Of a stretch of 64,000 nt of DNA, positions 1 to 11,000 are shown in pieces. Every line of letters begins with the position of its first letter. The stretch's first letter is position 1. The DNA is taken from the NCBI GenBank assembly GCA_030265395.1, contig JARFYF010000036.1, forward strand, positions 3,897,290 through 3,961,289, in the 5' to 3' direction. Made by a program: the position numbers and the translations under genes. Origin of the DNA: Rhina ancylostomus. Its lineage: Eukaryota. The notes under the pieces are model-generated. The model did no database searches and had not been told where the DNA came from. It saw only the letters and a list, made by a program, of their open reading frames with translations.

Positions 1-84
1 TGTTGGGTCTTCACCCGGATGTTTTTCCTCCTGTGTCCCTCCTCTCACTGTGGGTCATCTGGCCCTGGGACTCTGCTGCTGCCT

Positions 85-480
85 GTCCGTTGTTGCAGAC
101 AGCACCTGTGTGGAATATCCCAGAGAGCACCCCTGAACTGAGGCGGACATCAGAACAGAATCTCGAGGATGCTTTCGGCATCCTCCGCGATGCTTCCGAA
201 GGTTCTGTGGCTTTGATTGTCGCGCTGGTCGGCAGAAGTGTGAGGGAATTGTGCAGGAATGAGGAGGCAGGGAGGGAGAGGGCCGCCACTATCCCCAACC
301 CCCCCATCCACCCGTCTGGGCAGAGCCAACCTCTGAGGAGTTACAGGTGTTGTCAGGATTGGTTGCACTGATCACGAGAAACGGCTCCCAATATCCAGCA
401 GCTGTGTGTTCAGTGAGAGGAAGCCTTTCCTGTTGATACTAAGGTCGTTGTTTGGAGCTCTGGTCAGGCAGAGGGCAGTA
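85..480 (-). mobile_element. PIF/Harbinger DDE transposase remnant (stops, frameshifts)
   Basis: Minus-strand pieces in the expected order: INRKGFLSLNTQL (cf. NRKGFHSINVQL), FLVISATNPDNTCNS (cf. ARYPGSxHDS), VGDSGGPLPPCLLIP (cf. LGDSGYPLxxWLMTP), DQRDNQSHRTFGSIAEDAESILEILF*C..GAL (cf. RYNxAHxxTRxxIExxxGxLKxRFRCL). Confidence 0.8.
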
Positions 481-2687
481 GTCACTAGCTGCGTGCACTA
501 GCTCCCTATGTCACTCTGGCTCTCTGTCCTTGCTCCTCCCCACTCTCCATCGCTCCTAATCATGAATCACCACCCTCTTGAACCCAGCTCCAACGCCTCC
601 CCTATCCCCCACATGCCCAGCTCTATGTTGTACCCTGTACCTCGCTCACGCCATGGCTCCCAACCCCCTTCAACCCCAACCTGCTTCCCGTGATTGTGAT
701 GATCTCCCCCCTTCCAGCTCCCTCACTGACCTGCCCCTCTGTGGACTGTTGTCACCACCAAGAGCTGACATTGGTGTTCCTCTGCCAGCAAACTGATGGT
801 CTGCCCCAATAAACTGTGGCCAGTCCTCAGTCCCTTCAGAATCCCAAAGCCTTAAGTGCTCCCAATTTAATGACAACGGGGTGCACAACCTCGATGGACA
901 AAACCAGAGTCATCGTGTACCTTCACTGCTCGTCCCAGTGTCCCACCTTTTATGTTGTTCACAACCAACGCCCAAGTATCCTGCTCATGTCCTCTTGCTG
1001 ATGCCTGCATCCCTCTTCACTGATCACAGCACCTCTGTGCACCAGTCACCCCTGGGAGGCTGTCCCACTGCAGTATCCAGGGTTCCTGCTTGGCCTGTTC
1101 AACTCAGTTCCCTGCACTACAGCTGCTGTCCAAATGTCAGAGCACTTCCAGCAGTCTTGGGTTTGCCATCACATTAGGGCGGCCACCAGAACAAGTACTC
1201 AAGTCATCACTAGCCAGAGGGGTAAATGCTGACTCCTCCCCCACCTTGGGAACAAATACTGGATGATACAAATCTGGGTGGCAGTAATAGGCTGTGAGGA
1301 AATGCAGAGCAGCTCCCGAGGACACGAGAGGTCAAATAATGGGCACGTACATGGTAGATGGAACATAACCTGGGAAGATGTGAAGTCATCCACTTTGGTA
1401 GAAAAAGCTGGGAGAGTGGAGCATGTTTTTTGAAAAATGAGAGACTGAGCATGAATCATTGAAAGTTCACATGCTGGTACAGCAGTTCGGGAGGCAAGTG
1501 TTTATTGCAAGAGGATTTGACTACAAGAGATTATCTTACTTCAATGATGCAGGGACCTGGAGTGATAGCAGCAGAACATTGTGTCCTGCTCTAGTCTCCT
1601 CACCTAAGGAAGGATACACCAGTCTGGCGATATCACCAGGACTGCGTGATCCCAATAAGAGGATACCTTGTCCCAGTCCACGGCAGGGTGATCCCAATCA
1701 GCAACCTACTCCAGGATTGACTGGTAGATTATTGCCTGGGCCAGTCAAGCCTGGGCAGTCAAAGCCTGCTTAGCACAATCTTGAGACTCACCAGTACACT
1801 GGGAACTATATCAGCAGTACCATATCGCTTGGATAAACTTCCTTTTTTAAAAAAAATGCCAAACCACAGCAACTTCTGCAACAAGCTGGCAAATAGCTCA
1901 TCAGCATCAGGAGCTGTAAATGATTTTCATCCCACATGGCTTCAAAGAAGTGAGGGGCAAGAGATAGAGGGCTACTTCTTAAGGCTGAGGTGCATAATTT
2001 ATTCTGTTTTAGGTGTGCACATGGACAGGAGCTGCTATTTCCAAGTTTCTGCTGGCTCAGGTGTCTAGTTATTGAAATAGGTGCAGAGGATGGACACGGT
2101 ATCTTCAGAAAACCCCACACCGGCCACTAGTGACCTTCTGCTTGTTTGTAATGAGGAAACACAGTAAAAGACCTGGGGTGTAAAACCCAACAAGGTTACA
2201 ATGAATGAGAGATGAGCAAGAATTGCTTGGAGTTTTGAAGAGCTAAGTACTAATAGCACACAAGGAATCCTGTTTTTAAATCTTGGCAAGTAATGAGTTA
2301 AAAGCAGGAAACTGAACAACGAGCACACATTAGAGCAGTTGGAATACAGCAAATGCCCTGGGAAGGAACAAAATGAAAGTTTAGAGAGCCACCAAGCGTA
2401 AGAGGTTAGTGCCAGCACACTCTTCTTGTACTCTGTTCAGCAATCAGAGGTTAAAAGAGCCTTGAGGCTGGCAAGCAAGTTTCAGGCTTTGAACAGATTT
2501 TAGCTCTATAGAGAGGAATTTCTGAAGGTTTGCCACCCCAGGGCAAGTTTACTACTCAAGACCACTATTTGGAGTTCATGAGGTTAGAAGGTCAAGACAG
2601 AGAAGGGGTAATTGTGGAGGCTTCTAGTGCAAGAGGTGAGAGGGGTGTGAAGATTTCAATACTCATCTAAAAAACAGGATCAAGATG

Positions 2688-2928
2688 CAGTTACAAGAGA
2701 CTGTAGATGCTGGAATCTGGAGCAACAATCAATCTGCTGGAGGAACTCAGTGGGTTGAGCAGCATCCATGGGGGGGGGGGGGGAGAAGGAATTTTGACGT
2801 TTTGGGTGTTGACCCTGCAGGTCCCAATCCAGGGTCTCCATCCAAAATGCTGATAATTCCTTACCACCCCCCACCCCCTGACCCCAACCACTGTTTGGAT
2901 CCATTGAGTTCCTCCAACATTCTTTGTT
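2688..2928. mobile_element. Fold-back Penelope-derived short element
   Basis: The left arm ctggaggaactcagtggg...ggggg is mirrored by the right arm cccc...ccattgagttcctccaac. Flanked by direct repeat GATCAAGATG at 2678-2687 and 2929-2938. Confidence 0.7.
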
Positions 2929-3076
2929 GATCAAGATGGTGATTCAACTACTGATAGAACCAAGGTATATGTGTAATCTAAAGGATAACAGAACTAGATT
3001 GCACATACTTATAGAAGAGTGGATAGGATCAGGTGGTCAATGGGCATGGTTCAATGAATGATGCCTGACACACTAA

Positions 3077-3816
3077 NNNNNNNNNNNNNNNNNNNNNNNN
3101 NNNNNNNNNNNNNNNNNNNNNNNNNNNNNNNNNNNNNNNNNNNNNNNNNNNNNNNNNNNNNNNNNNNNNNNNNNNNNNNNNNNNNNNNNNNNNNNNNNNN
3201 NNNNNNNNNNNNNNNNNNNNNNNNNNNNNNNNNNNNNNNNNNNNNNNNNNNNNNNNNNNNNNNNNNNNNNNNNNNNNNNNNNNNNNNNNNNNNNNNNNNN
3301 NNNNNNNNNNNNNNNNNNNNNNNNNNNNNNNNNNNNNNNNNNNNNNNNNNNNNNNNNNNNNNNNNNNNNNNNNNNNNNNNNNNNNNNNNNNNNNNNNNNN
3401 NNNNNNNNNNNNNNNNNNNNNNNNNNNNNNNNNNNNNNNNNNNNNNNNNNNNNNNNNNNNNNNNNNNNNNNNNNNNNNNNNNNNNNNNNNNNNNNNNNNN
3501 NNNNNNNNNNNNNNNNNNNNNNNNNNNNNNNNNNNNNNNNNNNNNNNNNNNNNNNNNNNNNNNNNNNNNNNNNNNNNNNNNNNNNNNNNNNNNNNNNNNN
3601 NNNNNNNNNNNNNNNNNNNNNNNNNNNNNNNNNNNNNNNNNNNNNNNNNNNNNNNNNNNNNNNNNNNNNNNNNNNNNNNNNNNNNNNNNNNNNNNNNNNN
3701 NNNNNNNNNNNNNNNNNNNNNNNNNNNNNNNNNNNNNNNNNNNNNNNNNNNNNNNNNNNNNNNNNNNNNNNNNNNNNNNNNNNNNNNNNNNNNNNNNNNN
3801 NNNNNNNNNNNNNNNN
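3077..3816. other. Assembly gap of 740 N; others at 6676-6775, 29313-29322, 31491-31539, 46487-46586, 51954-52044, 56225-56405
   Basis: Runs of n in the sequence. Confidence 0.99.
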
Positions 3817-4056
3817 GGGGAAGGAAGACCAACTCTGTATAGTGAATGGGGAGAGACGAGGGCAGGGCAGACTGGTGCTCTGATAAGACGGCACATAAGT
3901 GCAAGTTTCAAACCATATAGACAATGGTGCAAGATATTACCATAGTTGAAGGATTTTAAGAGTTCCGACGTGTTATACTCAAGCTGATGGAGTTTGTTAT
4001 CAAAACCCTAAACTGCATTTCTCCTTAACACACATGGCTAGTTTTATATAATCTAC

Positions 4057-6227
4057 TTTATTAATTTCTGAATTTAATAAGGGAACATTGCTGAAGAGAT
4101 TCCTTTATGTGAAAGTTATGCCAGCATCATATGAAGAGGGCTACAGAACGTGGTGGAACTGCAAGCAATGTGCCACGGGGCAACAGAGAACCATGAGGCG
4201 ATGGGACTACACAGAACCACTGGGTGACAGGACACCACAGGGGAGGAACTAACATGGGGCAACACCAGGCGACAGAGTAGCACCGCAGGGCGACAGGTCC
4301 AAACAACAAAGCAATGGGGCAATGTGGGGTACAGGATAGTTGGATAATCTCGTGCTGAAATAGTGTCGGAAAAGGGGCCACAGTTTAAAACAACAGAAAA
4401 GAAGGCAGAAACTGCAAGTCAGCCATAGATGAAAACAGTTTCAGGTCTGTGAGGTTTCATGGGTTCTGATGAAAAGTTAGCAGTCTGAAACGTCAACTGT
4501 TCCTCTCTCCACTAAGGCTGCCTGAGCTGCTGAGTATTTCCAGCATAATTCAGATTTCCAGCATCTCTGGTATTTTGCTTTCATCATGGGCTATTCTGCA
4601 GCTGGTTTCTGAGAATAAACTGTCTTTTATCAAAAGGCACAACACTGCAAATGTGGAACAAGAACAAGATACTGCTAGGAATATGCAACAGATCAGGCAG
4701 GTCATGTGCAAAACAAAAAGTTAACTTTTCAGGTTTGTGACCCTTCTTCTGACAAAGGTTCACCAGAGGGCTGACCATATTCACCTTGTTTATATGTTAT
4801 ATCTATATATTGTTAAAAGTATTTTTGTGGCAATTAGCTCCTTTTCAGTTGTCCCCATGTTTTCATCCATCACACACGATGAAAAGCAATAATTACAGTC
4901 ACTCAACTCTTCACTTTGCACAGTCGCTGTTTTAAAGTTTTGTAGTAGGAAGCTGCTTATCCAACCTGATGTTGTGTACTGTTACAATAAGACTGTCATA
5001 CAATACTTAGAATGCAGCCCTGCCCAGATCAGCCAGGCCCCCCATGCTTGACTGCATTTAAGTTCAGAAGAATTTCAAGCTTGGACTTCAGTTGTGTGAA
5101 GCATTACCCGAATCGTTAGAGCGGCTGAACCAAGAGTGGCTATACCTGAACTAAACGTTACGCGTAACCACCACTTCCCCACCACCTTGTAGCTTATGTG
5201 AACCTTCCAGAAGACAAGGCAAAAGCAGAGAATTAGGATCTCTGGTGGCCTGGCTGTGCTGTGCTTGGTGCTGCGGTTGAGACAATGCATGGGTAGCAAT
5301 ATCTTACAATCTCAGTTACTCTGTGACAGGTTATCTTGTTAAGCACTTCTAAACGAAGCAACCCTGCATTTAACCCTTCACTGGGTGGCCCACATAGGAA
5401 TAGCATTGAGTTCCGGTTACTTGAAGCCAGTGTTGACCTGTTGTCTGGTATAACAAGCTCTGTATCCACAGCATGCTGCACATGTGGGAAACTAACCATG
5501 CTGACTGAGTGCACAGTGCGAGTCACCACAAACTTTATGAGAGAAAGCTGAAGGAGCCCATGCTTCACAATCGAGCTCTGAGCTCTAATCCCATCTCTCT
5601 GTTCTCTCCCTGTAGCTTTCAAGATTTCCCTTCAAGAGTTCATTATTCTCCCCTGTGCCAGTGAAGGATTAAATGCAAAGATGGACAGTACACACTAGAT
5701 GACATACACTTGCACACTCAAGTGTGTGAAGCTGTCTTTGAACAACTCAGAGATAGTCTACATAGGTCAACAAGAAGCAACACTTCTTAAAAGGACACCA
5801 ATCAATTCCTAGCCATCAGTTTGTACACATAAACTTAATTCTCAGCAATATGAAGAAATTCCTATACTCACGGCATTAAAATGGAGAATGTCTACAGCCA
5901 CTATTTGCAAAGTTTACAAAAATTAGGCAGAATTGCATAATCTCAAAAAAATAAAAAAAGCTGATAAAACTGACACGGTATTCTGTTATGAAATATTTTC
6001 ATAGAATATATTACACAGACACATTCTGCTTCTCTCTCCTACATACCTTGGTAAAAATAAAAGCAACAAACATTAAGAATCCAGAACTGTGGTTCTGTTT
6101 AGAAAGACACTGTACATATGTACACTTCTTGCTGGTGATGACAATAGTTCTGCAGCTTGTTTCGAGTCAGTCTGTTTAAAACCACACAGAGCATTAGCTG
6201 CTCTGTGCTCCCTTTATCAATCACAGT
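4057..6227 (-). other. PCIF1: Putative PCIF1 3' UTR; 3' limit uncertain
   Basis: Follows the stop codon and is largely repeat-poor down to about 4770. The nearest canonical minus-strand AATAAA I noticed is at 4057-4062. The true end may be earlier. Confidence 0.35.
4390..4765. mobile_element. Two Penelope-derived short repeats with hammerhead-like cores
   Basis: CTGATGA..GAAACGTC at 4466-4494, family tail gctgcctgagctgctgagtatttccagca..cagatttccagcatct, and a second inverted arm at 4640-4760. Confidence 0.7.
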
Positions 6228-6450
6228 TCAAAGGTGCTCGGTGTTGCTGCTTTGGTCCCGATTCTGTTCCTGGTCTTTTTCACCAGATGCCACAGAGGAG
6301 GACGAGGAAGATGAGGACTTCCCTGTTATTTTGTATGCTGCCATTAACTCCTGCACCCGCTCCTGCACAGGCTCCCATTTTGCAAACCCAGCATCATTCT
6401 GCAGGAAGATGAGAGCTGTGGAATGCACAGCCTTGTAATAGATGTCTTCC
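6228..6450 (-). CDS. PCIF1: PCIF1 last coding exon to TGA stop
   Basis: EDIYYKAVHSTALIFLQNDAGFAKWEPVQERVQELMAAYKITGKSSSSSSSSVASGEKDQEQNRDQSSNTEHL*. Acceptor ttgctttcag. Confidence 0.97.
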
Positions 6451-6566
6451 CTGAAAGCAAACAAAACACACTTCATCTCCCCTCAAATCACGTCGAGAGC
6501 TCCGATGTAAAGGACCAAATTACGTAAAAGAATCACACTCAGTTTTACGAAAGGCCAGTCCGACAT

Positions 6567-7050
6567 TCACACCGACTCTCCTGCACCGACACTCCCACAC
6601 CGACTCTCACGCACCCTCACCGACACTCCCACACCGACTCTCCCACACCCTCACTGAGACTACCACACCGACTCTNNNNNNNNNNNNNNNNNNNNNNNNN
6701 NNNNNNNNNNNNNNNNNNNNNNNNNNNNNNNNNNNNNNNNNNNNNNNNNNNNNNNNNNNNNNNNNNNNNNNNNNNCTCTGCCACACCCTCACCCTGACTC
6801 TCCCACACCCTCACCCTGACTCTCCCACACCCTCACCCTGACACTCCCACACCGACTCTCCCACACCCTCACCCTGACTCTCCCACACCGACTCTCCTGC
6901 ACCAACTCTCCCACACCCTCCCTCTGACTCTCCCACACCCTCCCCCTGACACTCCCACACCGACTCTCCCACACCCTCCCCCTGACACTCCCACACCGAC
7001 TCTCCCACAGTGACTCTCCTGCACCCTCACCGACACTCCCACACTCTCAG
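6567..7050. repeat. C-rich minisatellite in last PCIF1 intron with 100-N gap (6676-6775)
   Basis: Units ctctcccacaccctcaccctga and actcccacaccgactct are repeated many times. Confidence 0.95.
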
Positions 7051-7404
7051 TCAGTGTGTCCTGAGCCCTCCCTAAGTACCCACACGCTGAGTTCCACTGA
7101 TCCTCTTGTTGAATGTCCTACTCCCCCACTCTGTTTGCCCCATACCTTCACCCAGGGTTGCCACACACACACCATTTGTTCCATGCTCTCACCTAATGAC
7201 AATCTCTGCACCTCAATCTGACCACGACTGCCTCACACCCACACCTTTCATGGCTGCCCTGGTCGCTTTCTCTTCCCAATAGTCCCTTATCATCCTGTGA
7301 CTGCCACCTGCCCAACTCTCAGTCGACCCCATCATATGCAGGGGGTGAATAATTCAATAAACCCGTCGCCCAAGTCGTACGCTCACGTTGGTAATGAAAC
7401 GTAC

Positions 7405-7580
7405 TTCTTGCAGATGTGCTGCGCTCCACTTCTGTACTCGTGCTCATAGGCTGGGACTAGGATTTGGTGGCGCTTAAACTTGCTCTCTTCCATCCGGACC
7501 AAAGCTGGTGTTGGAGGGTTTCTCCATTCAGGGACGAACACAATGAACGACAGTGGCTCGTTTGAACTCCCCAGCAGGTT
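7405..7580 (-). CDS. PCIF1: PCIF1 penultimate coding exon (frame not in ORF track)
   Basis: [58 protein letters not shown](K). Acceptor cctcatacag, donor gtacgt, 176 nt. Confidence 0.97.
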
Positions 7581-7734
7581 CTGTATGAGGAAGAAGTGAA
7601 CAGGAACCAGTTAATAGTAAAGAACAGATGTCTCAACTTCACAGCTTTTAACAACAGATTGAGCCAGTGCCTTTCTCAATGGATGACCAACTCTTCAACC
7701 TACCTTCTCACCAGACCCAATAACTCCAATAATT

Positions 7735-8010
7735 TGGATGAAAGGTCATTAAGCTTAACTCTGAAGTTCTGTGGAAAGAGACAAAGAGTTAATATTTCAG
7801 GTCAAAGACCATTCATCAGACTTCAGGTCTTTAACCTGTAACATTAACTCTCTCTCTTTCCTCAGGGGCTGTCCAACTTGCTGAGTGTTTTCTGTTTTTA
7901 TTTCAGATTTCCAGCATCTGCAAGCTTTTTGATTCTCTTCAATTCTGTTTGTCTCTCTACAGAGGCTGCCTTGGCTACTGAGGGTTGTCAGCATTCTCTG
8001 TATTTATTTT
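7735..8010. mobile_element. Penelope-derived short repeats with minus-strand hammerhead core
   Basis: Minus strand 7786-7824 reads AGT CTGATGA ATGGTCTTTGACCT GAAATATTA ACT. Family tail ttctgtttttatttcagatttccagcatctgca is present. Confidence 0.7.
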
Positions 8011-11000
8011 GCTAGGAATTGGATTAGACAGAACTTCTGATCCATCCTTGCTACAGCTCCCGATATTTTTTGTTGGTGGGATCTTGTTGCAACATTACTT
8101 TCATAAACAATTTCTCACAGGGTGGCACAAATCAGCTTTTAGTCAATGATGAGTCTTCAGGGAACTTAGTGCGTGATTCTCTGTTCATGGCTGTCATTAC
8201 TTCATGTCTATCTAACCAGGCCTGTTGCAGTCTAATGAATGCTAATCAAGAACAGGATTTTCCCAAAGATCCAGCTCTCTTTAAAATAAATCCAAATTTT
8301 GTATCGATTTGTTTTCAGTTTATCTCTAGATTCTTGTCTTCATCTTGCTGGATATGTCTTGCTTCTAACTTTGTTGTGCATTTGTGAGTAATCTTTTGCC
8401 ACCTTTTTAACATGAATGCATGCTCCCAATTTTCATTAAGATGACACATTATGTTAGCTTGGCCGTGAAGTCATCCTTGCATCCTTTGAATGGTGCATCG
8501 ATTAAGGTTCACCTCACCTTACTGGCTTTGCTTTAATGATCTTTCTGCCTGGCAGAGTTGCTCATCTGCATGCTGAATTTTTCTATCTCAGTGCAGACAA
8601 CTCCAGATCAACAAGCTCTCAACTTTCTACCATTGAAGAGACTTAAATTTATAAGCTAATTGTAAGTGATGTTGCTCCCACATAGAAGTAATGTTTTCAG
8701 CCCTCCAGCTTTATTGTAAATTTAATGCTGCCCCCTCATTGCCTTTCTACCAAAACCTCCCAAAAAGACTACTAGCTTTAAACAATCTGTAATTTTCTAC
8801 ATCTTCTATGAGTACAGCATGGCTTCCTTGATAGGTGAACCTGTCCACTGCAGACAGTAATAATGAATGGAAGAAAAGATTTGCCAGGACTTCCTTCTTC
8901 AGACTGTAGGCGAGGCCAAATGTTGTACAAGGATGTGAGAAACGCTGTAAGATTATTTGGAAGTCATTTTCTATGTGGGAACGCAAGTCACAACCATTAA
9001 TAAACCAGAGTCATCAGACAACAATTTCTCATAGCTATACTCACTGTAACATTCCCAGCAAATCTTTTACCTTCTTTAACAAGCTGGAAAATTCCTCTAC
9101 GATTATTCTATATATTGCCTGCCTATGTTTGAATAGATGGCAATCCATGTATTTCTAGGATCATTGATTTTGCCCATGAACTAGAAAAGATCCCACCGAG
9201 ACTCTACTAATTGGTTTCCTCCTGCTTCATACATCACAGCAGGCATTGCATTATAACCTGGCATCTTTCAACTGGAGAGACTGTACTTACTTAATGGTTT
9301 TAGGCAATTTAAGTTCTTTAGCAAGGGGCACTAAATTGGGACTTTGAGGTAGATGATCCATGACCTCAGTCTACAGAACTTCCAGTTTAGTAGATATTTA
9401 ATATGGTTAAGTCGAAGTGTTCAAGATTTGAGTCTTGAGAATATGACTCCTTCAGTCAGGAGACCAATGACTGTAGCATCTTAGAGAACCTTTCATAAAG
9501 CCTTTTCACATGACTCAGATTTGTCTTCAGTGTGCTCAGTAAATTTTTATATGCGCTTACTCTGGTGTTAAAGGTGGCTCTTTCACCTGTGCATAATGAA
9601 GGGTCTGATTCACAAATTCATGCTCTCCAGGGTATTTATATCAAACTAGTCTCAGTGTTTATGGATATGACTGGGTGTCATCACCAATAGTGTATTACCC
9701 CCAAAAATATTGTCTTCAATTTTAATGTTGGCAAAAACTGTTGATGATGCCAATACGATCTTCTAAAGCTGACCTTTAATCGGGTAGAGCTTTTTAACTT
9801 TGTGACCTTCAAAACAGAGTTATCTAGAGATCAGGTAGGTTAAGAAAAGTTGGTGGTCTGTCCAAAACACAGCTCCCCTTGTGACTCATTTTCCAGTTGA
9901 CTGGTATATGATTTAGTGATCATAGTTTATAATTTTATGACTATTTTATTATATTACTTTACATATATAGCATCTTGCAGTATGGTAAAGCCTTTAACAG
10001 TTATGGTATTGCCTTTGACTTGGAGATTATTGTGATTATATTGGTTCATCTTGTGATTTTTGTATTTGCAAATTGCAGAGTACTTATATAGATTGAGTCA
10101 CTGTTTTGGTATAAGGTGGTAATGGACTTGCTGCTGTTATTAAAGTAATAAATAAATTGAAGAAGAATGCTGCCTTAGATACCAAGGTAGGTCAAATTGT
10201 GTGCCCATGCGTATTGCTGACAGATCTGAGGCTATAACTACCTTAAAAGTGGAGACAGGATTGACAGATATATGTCCTGTGACACTTGAGAATTTTTGCC
10301 CTTCCAAATATTATGTTAGATCTGATTCCAATCTCTTGTAGCTTTCCTATAACAATGAATATAGTAAACATGTAGATCTTGGCAGCATTTCTGCTTCAGA
10401 TAAACAATTTATTTAAACATTTCTAACACTGCCTTAATAAGAATAACTGGGACATGTTTAAATATATTTTAATAAATATATTTAATAAATTGAGGGTAAA
10501 TTTATCTCTTTAAGAGGAAGAAGGGTTGTTATTCTACTAGTGCAACACAAACATGGTTTGGGTGAGGAATAAACTCTTAAAATCTTTTCCCCTGACTTGG
10601 TTTTTGAGCATTTCTGTTGCTCACCTTTTACAGTTCTTACCCTTTTCTTTTTATGAGGCCTTGAAAGAGGTATCTAGTTAACTTTGTCTCTTCTACATCC
10701 TCCTGGATTCATTGAATCTTTTGACCTCTCACTTCTGGCAGGAGGAAATCACCAGGCGCTTGAGCTCTTGCTGTGTTTGATTCAAATGACAGAACTAACG
10801 CAGGGTCTGCATCATGAGCCAGGGGAAGGAAAGTAAATTGAGAAAGAATCCATTTGTGCAGCACATACAGAGGAAGAGACTGAAGCACAGAATAGGGCCA
10901 GATTTCATGGTGACGCAAGAGACTGCAGATGCTCCAGATTTCATGATGTTGCTCAATTTCCCTGTTTTCAAGTATTTTACATTCTCTAGCTTTGTAACTT

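Noticed and set aside
3-371. Plus-strand ORF as the end of a neighbouring gene such as ZNF335
   Set aside because: No zinc-finger or other recognisable motifs. The region is better explained as the antisense of a Harbinger transposase relic.
1620-2660. Unexplained sequence, possibly an LTR-type remnant
   Set aside because: No termini, PBS, PPT or coding motif could be identified.
3029-3945. Four ORFs of about 290 aa
   Set aside because: Artefacts of reading through the 740-N gap.
6607-7008. Repetitive ORFs such as VWESQGEGVGE
   Set aside because: Translations of the minisatellite.
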